Shown: piece by piece, positions 25,070 to 40,229 of the stretch
Numbering within the stretch: position 1 is the stretch's first letter
Layout of the letters: each line of letters starts with the position of its first letter
The notes under the pieces: generated by a model
What the model was told of the DNA's origin: nothing
The model's input: the letters and a program-made list of their open reading frames with translations, nothing else
Databases searched by the model: none
Assembly (NCBI GenBank): GCA_009914755.4
Contig: CP068257.2
Coordinates: 22,240,001-22,304,000, forward strand
Length of the DNA stretch: 64,000 bases
Direction: 5' to 3'
From: the human T2T-CHM13v2.0 reference genome, Homo sapiens
Position numbers and translations under genes: made by a program

Positions 25070-26743
25070 TGTAAATTGACTTTAATACTAACATAACATG
25101 TCAAAACACTGATAACCGCCAGCATTATTTTACAGATTATACATTATATTATATTATGCTATGTGTCTCTATTAGAGTATATACACAGTAGTATAATATA
25201 TACAAATATATATGCGTATATTTATACATACATACATATGTACACCTGTTTCAATCATTCATTTATTTTTTATTCATTAAAAATATTTATTAAAATACTA
25301 ACATGGGACAGGCACTGTGAGGTATCAAGTTACCAAGAAAGCCATGGTATCTGCCTTCACAAAATTTACAATTTAGTGAAGATGATAAGAGTTAATATTA
25401 TTAGAAAGACTATTACCAGCATATACTCGTCACCGGGTTAAATATTTCCTTGTATTATCTGATATAACCTTTAAAAGATTATTGGTCAATAATATAATTA
25501 AATCTTAGAAAGGAAACCTATCTAGAGTCTTTCAGTTAACAAACAGCATGAAACTAGGTTCATATTAACACAGTCTAGGTGCTCATTCCATAAACAAGGT
25601 CTATGGTTATTCAGACCAGAGACTGAGAATATTGAGCACCCTGGGCTCAATAATGAGCTCTAATAATATGAGAATATTTATTAAGCATCTTCAATGTACC
25701 AGAGACCATAACAGAAACTGGGAATAGAATAAATTAATAAGACAAGTTACTGATTTTTTTAGAACTTATACTCTAAAAAGAAAGATAGAGTAAACAAATA
25801 AAAATAATTTCAGGTACGGATACATTTTATGCATGGAATAAAGTGAGGTGAGTGTTAGAGAGATAATTTCAAGAAGGTTATTTTACATAGGGTTGTCCGA
25901 GGACTCCTCTGTAAGAGAGTAACATCTGAGAGGAGTCCCAAATGATGTGAAGATAGAATTTCTGTGAAAGCCTTGGTGGAAGATCAAGGAGACAGACCTG
26001 GAACTGGGAACAAGTTCCCTGTGTTTAAGGAGCACCAGGAAGGCCAGGGCCAACAAAGGTGAATGAGTGGAGAGTGATTGGAGATGAGCGACCCTCTTCA
26101 ACACAGGTTAAATCATATTGGGTCTTGTTGACAATGACAAATGGGTTTAGATTAGACTTAGAGTCAATAAGAACCACCATTGATCAATGGAATTGTTATG
26201 ACATTCAGCAAAAGGCTTAGTTATATCAGGGCAGAATGAAACAGCTATTGATTATAAAAATGGAAGTAAAAAAATAGGAGGAAGAAAGAGTCATGATCAA
26301 AATTATATTTCCTGGATTTGTGATAAACATTTCAGATGATTAATAATAAGAACTAATGAAGGTATTAATAATAATAATAACAGTTTGATGGAAACATAAA
26401 GTCAATTTATGTTAAAAATGCCATATTATCTTCTTTTGATCACATCATGCATACATGTGAAAAAAATATTTCATGACATTAAAAAAAGTTTGCAATGCAG
26501 AGAAGTACAAGATAATAATTTAAAAAACATAAAACAAAATAAAATCTTGAAACAGCAACTGAAGCCTGAGGATGGGGCAAAAGAGATAAAAGAAAACCTT
26601 AGAGTCCCACACACTCTGGACTTTCAGTTTTCATGCTCTAGAATGGGGCAGGAAATCTGAGATGGCAAGTAGTTGAAGGCAACTGCTCTTTAAAACTGTA
26701 GTCCAGGGCAGCAAAGTAAAGAGAAAGATCTCCCAAAGTGCAT

Positions 26744-27026
26744 GGCCGGGTGTGGTGGCTCATGCCTGTAATCCCAGCACTTAGGAGGCCGAGGCAGGTG
26801 GATCACCTGAGGCAAGAGTTTGAGACCAGCCTGGCCAACATGGCGAAACCCTGTCTCTACTAAAAATACAAAACTTTTCCAGGCGTGGCGGTGGGTGCCC
26901 ATAATCCCAGCTACTGAGGCAGGAGAATAGTTTGAAGCCAGGAGGTGGAGGTTGCAGTGAGATAGCGCCATTGCACTCCACCCTGGGCAACAGAGTGAGA
27001 CTCAGTCTCAAAAGAAAAACAAAAAG
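26744..27026 (+). mobile_element. Alu (AluS/J-like, sense)
   Basis: 'ggccgggtgtggtggctcatgcctgtaatcccagcacttaggaggccgaggcaggtggatcacctgaggcaagagtttgagaccagcctggccaacatggcgaaaccctgtctctactaaaaatacaaaa...'. A short target-site duplication 'aaagtgca' flanks it. Confidence 0.92.
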
Positions 27027-30000
27027 TGCAGAAAGCTAGGGGTGGGATTAGAGAGCCAGAAAAATTCACCAACTACTCACAAAGTGGTTGTGGAGCAGAC
27101 TCAGTTATAGCCTGTTTTTTCTTGCTTATCATGTACTTTCTTTCTTCTTATTCACCATATGCCTTCATAATACACCAATTTGTATTTTCTGATAAATAAT
27201 TTTGTTTTTAAAAGAAAAAAAAGAAGAATACCATGTTGCTTGAAACTCTCTGTTATTCTAGCTTTCAGTGTCAAAACAGCATAGAAAAAGGGTTGATCTT
27301 CGGTTGGTGTCATATGAAGCTGGATCTATTATCTGTCTCCCAATTCAGGTCAGGTGATAACTCAGTAATATGACGGGCGATGCCTTTGTCTTTTGTTGAC
27401 TTAGACAAACATTCTAAACCTGGCCACCTGATCCCTGAAATCAAAAAAGGACTCTATTGTTACTGTCTAATGTGTCATGGATTATTTAGATTTCTTGTTC
27501 TTGGTGAGATTTGCCTCGATTTTCCTGGCCATAAACCTGCCAGAATCTTCAATGAAACCAAGTTCCAGATACTTCACATGTTTATGTTCTGCAGTGTTTG
27601 GGTCACTTTCCTTCTTGTATGGCAGAGAAGGGGCCAGCCGTGGTAGCCATGAAGATTTTCCATTTCATTGTCTCTCAGGACTAGCTTATTATTGAGCTGC
27701 ATCTTTAGGGCCAGTTAGAAACACTCTATAAGGTTTACATAAGACAAGCACATTGTGATCAAAGTTCTGTAAATATTTACCTGGTAATTCCCCCAAAAAG
27801 TGAGAATTAAAAAAATAAACCAGGATATTCTTGCAGTAGGATAATGGGTTATATTCGAGTCCCTCTTACCCTTTCTACTTAAAAAATGTTGTTATTTTGT
27901 TTCTTTAGAGTGTCCATCCTCATCTTCGGAGCCTTTCAAACTTTACCGTTATCTTGCATTTCTTCTATTTTGCCTCTTATTGGTAAGGCAGACTGCATAA
28001 GGTACACATTTTAATATGGCTTTTCTTATGCTGATTTTAACTTACTTTGTATATTTATATATGAGTATACTTTAACCATTGTGGAATTTGTTTTTCTGTA
28101 CTGTATGAAATAAATATACATTTCTTTTATTGGAACAAATAGCCAAATTTAGAACTATTGAATGGATCACATGTTGTTCTGATTGGAAATTAAATTTTTA
28201 TCATTAAATTTTATTCTATACATAGACAACTGATTCTAAACTACTGTTTTGTTCCATTGATTAATTTGTTCCAATACTACTCTTGTTTAGTTATTATTGT
28301 GTACCTATACAACACTTTATCATAGTTTTTTAGTATGTTTTTATATCTGATCAAGAATGTTCTTCATTGTTTTCTGGTAATACATCCACTACAAATAAAA
28401 GATAAATGTTTAAGATGATGGATATCCCAATTTTCTGATTTAATCATTATACATTGTGTGCAGTTATCAAAATATCACATGTAGCCCCAAAATACGTACA
28501 ACTATTATATAGCGATAAAAAGTTTAAAAACTTTATATTTGGAAGCTTAAAAAACAAAAGTAAATTTTATTTTTCTTGCCCATTTTCCCCTCCTATGAAC
28601 ATCAACATCATAACAGGGTCTACGAAATTTCTGTTGGGATTTTTAGTAACATTTAATTGAATATACAGTTTGACAGGGAGAAGACTGATTGCTTGAAATT
28701 AAAGTATTTCTAGTCACAGACATGACCTATCTCTCCCTCCCAAGAGTCAATTTATTTTTGTCACTTATTAGATATTTATACCTCTTCATATATAACTTAA
28801 AGATTTCATATCAAACCTATTTCTAAAAAGTCATCTATTTTTTTTCAACAAATAGGATCTTTCTATAAAAATATATAGGTCATTGTGACTTTTTGTTGTG
28901 ATGTTTTATTTTGGACATTGATATTGCATCTGACTTATTGGCTGAACTAATTTATAAGACCTACTATTGTGTCAGTTTATTGTTTTTGTAGATATTACAT
29001 GAAAATTGTGAAAATTTAGCAAAATAACCTAAAAAAGGCAAATAAGAATTCCAAAGGGAAGCAAAATTGTACTGCAACTGATAAATATATTTGGGAAGAT
29101 TTGATTATCAAGTTTAATTTTGTTAAATCTCTAATTACTAAGGTATTTTGTCCCAAAGTCATAATTAAAAAAAAATTGTGTGAGGGAAAGGTCATTTTTA
29201 CCAGATGTCACTTAAGGGCAGAGAGTACCTACAGCCCACTTATTCTTCTCTATATCATTTATGAAATGTTTCCCCAGATATTACCTTGTTTCAATTAAAT
29301 GCTATTAAATATGAAATACTGCAAGAATTTAAATTTGTCTGCTTTGTAAGCGTATACATGTCCATATGTTAATATATCTTTCTAGTTCTTATTCTTCTCT
29401 TGATAAAACAACAAAATAATAAAACAGCAATTTGAGGAAAAGCAGAAAAACACAAGTTCATGTGCAAAGCCCTTTCTGCTCTTCGTACTCTTATTAGCCA
29501 ATCTGTGCAGTCAAAATCATTGTCCCTCCTAAGAGGTGGTAAATGTGTTCCTGTTGTGTAAATAAACCAGGGATGGTGAGGTAACTGAGTCAAGTATTTG
29601 TAATGTAGCAACTCCATATTTTGTAGCTCAATTTTTTTAAAAAATTAGATTTTATTTCTAAGTGTCATTTGAATTTTGTGGAGAAAGCAAGCTAATTTAT
29701 TGGACTTTGCCCCATTCAGTACTGAAAGTTATTTTAATTTCCAAAATCATCTAAAACACTAATTGCAACTGTTAGAGGCTTGCTGTGTTTATTGTTACTG
29801 TAAACTCATTTAATTATTAGTTCCTTATAAATTGCAAATATTTATAGGGGTAGATAGCCATCTCTTAAGCTGCCTTTCTGTAGCCAGTAGAATGAACTAC
29901 ATACTATCAAAGGACCCAATTTGCAAAATATAATGAATTTACTATGCATTAAAGAAACTCTTCCTCCAGTAAGTTTTCCTCTGACCTGAAAATTACAAAA

Positions 30001-31382
30001 TATTACCAAAAACATTAAATTATCTTTCATATAATGACCTCCAAATAAGTACTTTTTTCAGACTCTGAAAAATATGCCATTTTGAAAAATGGTTTTTTTT
30101 ATTATGGTAAAATATACAAAACAATTTACACTTTAACCATTTTTAAGGAGACATTTTAGTGGCTTTGAGGACATTAATATTTTTACAATTAATTCATTTA
30201 TTTTAATTGACAAATAAGAATTGTACATTCTTATTATGTACATGTGCCAAAGACACTTAAATCAAGATAAAGTACATGTATTATTTCAGTCCATGACACT
30301 AAAGAGAGATATTGGTTGGAGGTCTGCTTTCTTGCCTTTATTATTATCTAACACCTTGTATCATTAACATCACCTGGAGCTTATGAGAGCTGCTGAATCT
30401 CGAACCCTACCCCAGACCTACTGAATTAGAAACTCTGATGGTAGAAGCAGCAATGTGCATTCCCAACATCCCTACAAGTTATTCAGACAAACAATAAAGT
30501 TTGATAAACACTGGACTAAGTAATGATCCACTCTTCATGAAGGAGCTTACATTCCTCGTGGGATGATATAAACAAATGGATACCTAACCAAGAATGGAAG
30601 TACAGGCATTACTTCTGAAAGAAAATAGTGTGGAAGAAAACAAAACCTCCTATTCTACTCTAGGTAGAATTCATTGACTCATTAATTTCAGGGGATACTA
30701 TGATAATAACTACTTATTTATTTATCTTTATTGCTGATTTACAAAGTAGTTTTCAGTTTACAGATGTGAAGGCTCAAAGAATTAAAAACTACATCAATTG
30801 CCAAAATCACACATCTAGAAATAAAAGTCAGTGTTTAAAACCCATCACCCCTGGCCCACCCACCTCTTGCAAAGCTACATTCCTTCTGCCAGATTTCAGG
30901 GCCTTCACTTCAAGACAAGCTTATGGCAACCTACAAAGACAATTTAAAAGGCCTGTTCAGAATAGATGAGACACTTGTCTGAGGATGGTTCTAGATGATT
31001 ATGTTATTTATAGTAGATGTATTGTTAGGTTGTTTTTTTCAACACACTTCATTTTCTTATGATTGTCATAGATCCTCAAAATCTCCACATAAAAGATCTA
31101 GCGTCCAAATTCCACTAAATTGTAACTGTTTGCTTGTCACTATTTCAACCCAGATCCTTTAGCACTGTAACAATCACTTTTTAAGAAACTAAAAAATTCA
31201 CTGAGATTTTCCTCCCTTGCAAAAACAATGCATCAACACACACATAAATATGTGTTCAACCAATATTGTTCATAAAAAGGCAGATCAGTTTCCTAAACAG
31301 AAAAATTATTGACCACTCTGGGCTCAATGCCTGTGAGGGTGGGGAACTCTGAACCTCACTCTTCTTCTCTTTGTATCATTAG

Positions 31383-31697
<315 letters not shown>

Positions 31698-34579
31698 GGA
31701 GACTTTTTATTTAATGATATTCCAAAGGGCTCATACGATTTGAATTAGGATTTTTCGGGGTGGATGCAAATCAGTTGGTCCCATCTTCATACCATCTCTA
31801 GCAATGTCCTTGTTTATTAATTCCACAATTTCTCACACTCGCTCCCCTTAACTGAGTTTTAGGAAAATGAATTTGTCTTTCCTCTTTTTATCCTTAGCCT
31901 AACCCATATGAGGTGCAATACCTTTCTGCTGAGTGAACATTACATAAAATAGTTTAATTCCTATTTTATAATTACTGTAAAAAAAAGAAAATTGAAAACT
32001 TCTGCTATTACATTGACAATATTCCTCTTCTACCTTGAGATTTGATGGATATAAAACACAAATACCCAGTGCTATTATGTTCTGATCATTTATACACTTA
32101 TTTTATCTTTATATCCATATAATGTAGGTACTGTTACCATCTCCATTCTACCAATGAGGAATGGAGACTCAGAATGGCTTTGTATACTGCCCAAGTTCAT
32201 TTATTCACTAAGCAATGGGGTCAAGATTTAATTTTGGCAGACTTGTTCTAGAATTCGTGAAGATTCTTGTTGGACAGTCAACTTTACAATTCTGCCAGTC
32301 TGGAATTATTCTGTTGCCTTCAGTCAGAGCTGGAAATTTGTTGGGTTATTACTTTTTCAGTTATTCAATTTAAAAAATTATTAACATAGTTTAGGAAGTA
32401 ATTGTTTATTTTTATTAATAAAATATTGTTATAGTCAATAATTATGTTTTAAAAATATTAATGCACTTCTTCATAACCATAAATTTTAATTTCCACCTTA
32501 ACATACAATATATGGTTTAAATGTTAAGTATAAACTATTATTGAAAATGATGGAACTGAAACACAGCCTTGAAATTCCAATGCCAAAGTGATTTGTAAAC
32601 TTCTATAAATTACATTAAAAGCACTAACAACTGAATCCATTCACAAAATAGTCAACACAGTGGTTCTATTGCAGTCATCTTCACAATCAATTCAGCCCAA
32701 TGAGAAAAGACCCATCAATCAATCAGCCAGACATTTAATCAAAACACACAATAAAAAAATATATCAGAACAAGGATCTGAAATGAATTGAACTTTGATTA
32801 CTTGAATACCAAAGATGCATGAGGTTTGAGAGCTGAGTTGCCGCTTTATCAAACAAAAGATGGAGCTACTTTCTTTTTCTATGAACTGGATTGCCCTGCG
32901 TTACTCAGAATGGAGTTTGTATCAACCAATCAATTTTCTAAAAAGCAATTATTTCTCCCCAAATGTTTACAAATAACAAAGTGCATAAGAGAAAACGGTA
33001 TAATACATATTTTGTTTTAAAAAAGTGTCTGCAGAAACTCATACTTTTTTTAAAGTACAAATTACCAAATGTCAGAAAATATCAAATCAGAAACAAGATG
33101 AAATAAAATTGTACTGAAAATATTGATTTCTGGCATGCTCATTTGGCCCAGATTCAGGCAGCAAAGTGTGTGGTTTCTTATCTGAGATCCTAAGAGTCTT
33201 ACAAGCTTTATTACAAGCTGTACAGCTGCAGGAACATCAACAATTTTGTCACCTCTTTCAAGTTCACTAAATAGTAATAAATTTTTTGTTTGTTTGTTTA
33301 GTTAAGAACAGCTTTGTTTTCGTTAAGCCAGTAAGTCCCACAACATTTTTAAGCACTGGACTGAATATCACTCGATAGCTAATCTTTATGGTTAATCACT
33401 GAATTAGGAACGATTTGCATTACTTAAAAGCAAGTAAATAATTACCTTCCACTGGGGAAGTAGCTAAAAGTTGGAGGTGGGTTTGGACTTAAGTTTTAAA
33501 ATATAGTAGGGAAATGAACTGAATTCTGTTGCTGAACAAATTCATCACACCTCTTCAAAAATATATGAGTAACATTGTTTTCTAACTTAATTTTATTATT
33601 CTGTGATGGGGTGCCATATTACTTTGAAAATAATTGTCTTCCAAATCCAGCTACAAGAATTAAAGTGCAAATGAACTTCAGCCAAACCTCTAAGGAGAGT
33701 CCTATATGAGAGTCAACCATATGAGAGTCAACTACATTTGTGAGTCTGAATCACTAGTTCAAGTTTCATCCATATTTTGTGGAATTCCGACCACAACATC
33801 CCATCAAGAAGGTACTAGCACCCTTTCCTTGCAGTGGAGGTTTATGTAAAGCTCTGTCATCCAAACTGGATCCAAGTGAGTAAAGAGTGTTGACAAGTTC
33901 CTTTGCTCATACGAATAAGCAATACCTTCAAATAGAAATGTTTTTTTTTTCAGCCTAATGCTATTTCTATTGGGTTTTGGGCTGCTTCTAGTATTTTGAG
34001 AATTGGGCATACTTCAGTACGTTGGTTGTCCCCAAAATCTCATTCCCAATATAGTTAGCATAGACATATGAGCACCTTCTTTCACTGTTGGTCAGTCAAT
34101 CGCACACTTTCTGTTATAAGATAAATAAGTTCTGAGATCTAATACACAGCCATGATAATTATAGTTAATAAGGCTTTATTGTTTACTTGAAATTTGCTAA
34201 GAGACTAGAGCTCTAGCATTCTCAATACACATATACAAAATATATCCATGTGTCGTGATAGATATGTTGATTAATTTGATTGTGGCAATTATTACACAAT
34301 GTATACAGATGTCAAATCATCATGTGGTACATCTTGAATATATATAATTTTTTTTTGTTGATTATCCTCAATAAAGCTGGAAAAAATTGAAAAAAAAAAT
34401 GTAGTCAACCAAGAACAATGGCTCCAACAGAGCACCCAGAAAATTTAGGCAAAGACTTCTCCTTCCTTCACTTCTTTTGTCCTTCCTCCACTTCTTTTGG
34501 TAAACATTTTCCTTCACATATTTTCCAGTAGAGAACACTATTCTTGTTCATCCCAGACCAAAGAAATAGCTTGAAAACT

Positions 34580-35436
34580 TGATATGCTGCTTCCTACTGA
34601 TACAGACAGGAAAACGGTAAATACTGGGTAGAAGTGGGCCATTCCCTGGCAAAGGCCCCACCCTTAAGCCTGGACTCCTGTGACCCCAAATGGGAACAGG
34701 CATTCCTGTTTTTGTACCCAAAAAGTTACCGGTTGGCCCCCCATGACTCCGTATCCTGTACCCATATACCCATATAAACTGCAAAGCCCAGCTCCAGAAG
34801 GGGATAAGAAGATGAACAGAAAAGCAGAAGAATGGCAGAACAACACAGCAGAAAGAAGAAGTGTCTGAACACCAAGAGGAGTTCAGCTGTGGGCTGTCAG
34901 AGAGGAGATTGTCTGCTGGAGGGCCAAACTCTAGGGGAAGATTATCTTCCCACTCCAGCCCCCTTCCAGCTCCCCATCCATCCTGCTGAGAGCCACCTCC
35001 ACAACACAAAACAACCCTTGCATTCACCGTCCTTCAAGTCCGTGTGTGACCTGATCCTTCCAGGATGCCGAACAAGAGCTCTAGAATACAGAAAGCTGTC
35101 ACACTGGCCCTCAGAGATACAGAAAGCTGTCACACTGCCCCTCTGCCCTTGCAAAAAAGCAGAGGGTCCACTGAGCTGTTTAACACTTAAGCCATCTGCA
35201 GACAGCAAAACTAAAAGAGTGCACTGTAACACTGCCCACTTGGGCTTCGGGGGTTGCAGCACCTACTCCTAGATGCTACCATGGGGCCAGAGCCCAGAAG
35301 TGCTCACCCTAGCTCCCGTTCCTGCCCATCTGCATGCTATCCCTTCTATAAGGAGTTTGAGCACTGGTGGTGGCCTAATAAGCCTCACCCCTGTTGAACA
35401 TCCTACGACTGGGGTCAGGGAACTCTCCCATTTCAC
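34580..35436 (+). mobile_element. Solo ERV-type LTR (family unresolved), copy B. It is related to 4262-5131 and contains a 29-30-bp internal tandem duplication ('cagaaagctgtcacactg(g/c)ccc...').
   Basis: It is collinear with copy A: 'tgata(t/c)g...ctgggtaga(a/g)g(t/c)gggc(c/a)...', then '...ccatc(c)tgctgagagc(c/t)ac(c/t)tcca...', then '...gcagagggtc(c/t)a(c/a)tgagctg(t/g)ttaacac...tgtaacac...gggcttc(g/a)gg...', ending '...tcccatttcac'. Confidence 0.6.
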
Positions 35437-37184
35437 TACTAAACCTATCAGACAAGTGTTTCTCTATTATTGCTTTGAAAACATACTAGTGAAGGGTATA
35501 GCACTAAGCAGGGAACTTTGAGGCAAAGGAGCGACCCATGATTAGAGCTACAAAGAACTAAATTATACTCAGCCAGAGACAAAAGTCATATCGCAGCCTT
35601 TTGCCTTGGATCTTACCCAAATGCCCAGCATCCTTTTGGCCCTGCCCCTATTTATTTTATATTTTTGACATATTTTTATTCTGAAAACCTCATCCACTGC
35701 TGAATTCTGGATCTGGCTTCGGGAAAGTTCCCAACCTTCTCTGTGCTTCAGGGTCACCAATAGTAAAATAAGAGTTATGATGTTACCAGCCTCCTAGGTG
35801 ATTTAATAAATGTAACCTGTTTCAAACAATACCATAGTAAGAATGATTTCAATCAACATTAGATAGTGCCAGTTTTGTCTTTTACACTTGTTGAAGCATC
35901 CAGCAAATATGAGTGATCAGATTACTATACAATTGTTAAAACTTGAGTATCATGGACATTGACCTATTGACCAAAATAAGCACTTCATTCTCAGAGAATT
36001 CAAATCACTGTGATTTGCCCAAGTGACCAGAGCTCCCAAATGGAGAAAATGAGACCAAGTATCTTTATGTTTAGTCCAAATCTCTTTCTAGAGTACTCTG
36101 TTAAACCAATATATTAGACATTTTCTACAGTTGCCAAGAGAACCAATCTGTGAGATTTACTATAGGTTCACACTTTGATTCTTTGGTGTCAGACTGCCAA
36201 TAAGAGGGAAGGTGCAGGTTCTCTAATACCTTCTTGTGGATGAGTGTTAGTAGCACTAGTGATAGTAGTGGCAAAAGTAGCTATCTTACTGGTCTTAGGC
36301 ATCATGTCCTTTATGATAATCTCACAACTGATGCTCAGAATGACCTTGTGAGGTGTATGCTATTACTACTTATCAAATAGGAGACTGGAGTTTAGGAAGG
36401 CTAAGTAACTTCCCCACAGTCAAATCTGTACAATGGAAGCCTCTAAGCCTTGATGGGGTTTCAAGGTTTCTTATTTCTCGGAGCTATTTTTCACAGATAT
36501 GGAAAATCCCTGAAAATGGAAAAGGATGTCTAAGGTAAGGGATTTATCTGACTATAAGACTGTAAAATTCCTATTAAAATCATAGGATTTAGATTTGAAA
36601 AAAAATGAGTGAATCATGATTCTCAACTTTTAATTTGGTTAAATGGAACATAAAGGTAGGAAAGATTGAGCCATCTGTACAGGGTCACCCACCTAATTAG
36701 TAATAGAAGCAAAATTACAATATATATTCTCTCTTCTTATGTAAGTACTCCCTCTTTATTATATTTCTTCCTTCCCTACTCCCAAAATCAACTTTTTCTA
36801 TTTCTATGGAAAGCAAGTTTTTGCTTTTGTGGATTTTCACAGAACATGACTCAAGGTAGAATTAAAGTCACTCCAAAACCAAAGTCAATTTTTGACTTCT
36901 AGACTTAGTCTATGGGTTTCCTTTTTTTTTTTTTCCCAAAGCCTTCCTCCCCTCACTAACATCCATATACAGTGTGAAATCCTCTTCAAGATTGTTTACC
37001 AGACACATCTCTATATGTCAAGCCTCAAACATGTAGCCCCAATCCAGATCTAGAAACAACCCATGGTTTCTCAAAGATCCACAATATAGGTGTGCAAACT
37101 AAATTTTAAAGTAAGTGTCACAATGAAACTGGACCCCTATCTCTCACCATATACAAAGTTACCTCAGGATGAATTAATGACTTA

Positions 37185-38325
37185 AATGTAAGACTTTAAA
37201 CTCTAAAAATACTAAAAGAAAACCTAGGAAAACCTCTTCTGAATACCGTCCAACACTCATGACTGAAATGTTGAAAACAAGCGCAGCATAAACAAAAACA
37301 GTCAAATGGGACTTTAAACTAAAAAGCTTCTGCACAGCAAAAGAAATAATCAGCGGAGTGAACAGAGAAGCTGCACAATGAAAGAAAATATTTGCAAATT
37401 ATACATCTGACAGAGGACTAATATCCAGAATCTACAATGAACTCAAACAACTCAACTGAGAAAACCAAAAAACCCTATTAAAAATGAGACAAATGACATA
37501 AACAGACATTTTCAAAAGAAGAAATACAAATGGCCAACAAATATTTGAAAAAAAAATGCTCAACATTGCTATTCATCAGGGAAAAGCAAATTGAAACCAC
37601 AATGAAATATCATCGCTTACCAATCAGAATGGCTATTAATAAAAAGTAGAAAAAAAATAACATGTTGGCAAAGATTGAGAGAGAAGGAAACAGTCATATA
37701 CACTGTTGATGGGACTGTAAATTAGTACACATTCTATGGAAAAGAGCATGGAGATTTCTTAAAGAACTAAAAATAGAACTACCATTTCATCTAGCAATCT
37801 CACCACTGTGCATATACCCAAAGGGAAAAAAAAATACTAGCACTCGTATGCTTATCACAGCATTATTCACAAGAAAAAAATTATGGAATCAACTTAACTG
37901 TCCATCAACAGATGATTGGATAAAGAAAATGTGGTATATATTTATATACCATGAAACACTAATCAATCATAAAATAAGAATAAAATCATGTGTTTTGCAG
38001 CAACATGGATGCAACTGGAGGCCATTATCTTAACTTAAAAACCCACAGAAACAGAGCATCAAATATCGCATGTTCTTACTTATAAAAGGGAGCAAAATAA
38101 TGTGTACACCTAGACACAGAATGTAGAAAAACAGACATTGGAGACATGGAAGAGTGGAAGAGTGTGTGCTTGTGGGGGTGTGGGATAAGAAATTACTTAA
38201 TATGTACAATGTGCATTATTTGTGTGATGGTTTCACTAAAAGCATGGACTTCACCACTGTGTAATATACCCATGTATCAAAACTTTACTTATACCCCCTA
38301 AATATATATAAATACAAAAAAAATT
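37185..38325 (+). mobile_element. Older L1 (L1M/L1PB-like) 3'-end fragment, sense, ending in a short A-run
   Basis: A degraded L1 ORF2 C-terminus and 3' UTR: '...aaacctaggaaaacctcttctgaataccg...gggactttaaactaaaaagcttctgcacagcaaaagaaataatcagcggagtgaacagagaagc...gaaaatatttgcaaattatacatctgacagaggactaatatccagaatctacaatgaactcaaaca...actaaaaatagaactaccatttcatctagcaatctcaccactg...aaatacaaaaaaaa'. Confidence 0.85.
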
Positions 38326-39069
38326 CTAAAAACTCAGTTTCAGGAGATACGTTGCTTGAATTTAGAAAATAGAATTCATTCTACTATATTTCATAGGTTA
38401 AACAATGAAAGAAGAAAGCAAATATAAATTCAAAACACCTTCATATGCAAGTATAGGTAGAAAAACATGACTATACATAAACTGTAGAAATCACTACAGG
38501 GAGGGCAATGAAACTAATGCCATGAAAGAACAGTTTATTTATTATATTTACTTTAAAATGGTCAATGTTTGATGTAGAATGTAAGACCTTGCCTACATTA
38601 GGAATATGAAAAAAACTGTTCTGCAAAAGAAGAAGGAACAAATAGTTTGTTCTTCCAGAGAGAAGAGAAGAGAGAGGATAAACAAAACTCAGAGACATAA
38701 AGCCAGTTGGATGGCAGAAGACTTCAGGCTACAGTATTGGACCATTTCCCTATGTTACCATCTTCCCCAGTCAATCTGTAAACTCATAAAATTCTTGAGG
38801 GTAATGATTTCTGGAAATAAAAGATATCAATCCCTCACTGAAATTATTATGTGGTAGAACAGTGGAATATGAGCACATAAAGTCAGAAAGAAACACGTAC
38901 AACTAACCTAGAGAATTTAACTGTAACTGCTACAAAGCCACAGCATTGAGATATGGTCAGTTCTCAAAGAAACACATGGTAATTCTCAGAGAAACAAGAA
39001 GCCCCCCTTCAAGAGTTTTCTCCAAGTTGAAAATTCATTTATTGCATCAGAAATTAAGACTATGAGCTC

Positions 39070-39230
39070 TAGAGAGAGACCCTCTGCATTTTAATCCTGA
39101 CTCTGCCACTACTGATCTGTAAAACCTTGGTTAATGTTCTTAAGCTCTATGTACCTCTGTAAAATGGAAATAATAACAGTCTCTTCATTTTAAGGTTCTT
39201 TTAAGTATTAAACAAACCAATGAGAGAGAA
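39070..39230 (+). mobile_element. MIR (mammalian-wide interspersed repeat) fragment
   Basis: 'ctgactctgccactactgatctgtaaaaccttggttaatgttcttaagctctatgtacctctgtaaaatggaaataataacagtct' matches the MIR core 'cggctctgccacttactagctgtgtgaccttgggcaagttacttaacctctctgtgcctcagtttcctcatctgtaaaatggggataataatagtac'. Confidence 0.6.
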
Positions 39231-39239
39231 GGCAGTTAG

Positions 39240-39784
39240 CGGCTGGCTAGGCAGGTAGAGAGGAAGGGTCTCGGGAGAGAAAAAGCACCTATGGGATCGC
39301 ACCTCCACCACCCCTGTAGCTAGTAGGAGGAAATGTGGTTAAGAATTTCCTCTTAAGCCAAAATGTTTGCTCAGAAGGGACTGTCCCAACTTAGGCGCAG
39401 GTGCAATAAATCAACTAAATGTCCTTATCTTGACCTAGAGCTAATTAACATATCACTAGCATTGCAGCTTTAGCCCCTCCATAGGTTTCCCTTAGGCACT
39501 CAAGGGTAATAACCAAGGTGGAGTAGCTATGGCCAACACCAGGCATGCGCAGATGCAACACTCCCGGTGGGGAACTTAATCTTTCCTATTCAGGCGGAAC
39601 CCAAAGAAGACTTCCTCGCTTCTGCCACATAAAATACCCAGAACTCAGCCCCATTTCTGGAAACCATCTTTCAGTTCCTCTCATTGCTGAGAACTTTTCT
39701 GTCACTTAATAAATCCTACTGTACTCACTCTTTGGTGTCCCTGTGCCTTAGTCTTCTTAGTTGTGGGTCAAAAACTTGGAATTC
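39240..39784 (+). mobile_element. Probable solo ERV LTR (family unresolved)
   Basis: It has an LTR-like layout. There is a TATA-like 'ccacataaaataccc', a poly-A signal in R ('tgtcacttaataaatcctactgtactca'), and a short U5 ending '...gggtcaaaaacttggaattca'. No poly-A tract follows, so it is not a processed transcript end. Confidence 0.4.
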
Positions 39785-39851
39785 ACTAAAGGAGTAAGAA
39801 GGAGTAAGAAGACTGTTAACAACCACATACTGCATTTATAAGAGTGTCTGG

Positions 39852-40229
<378 letters not shown>
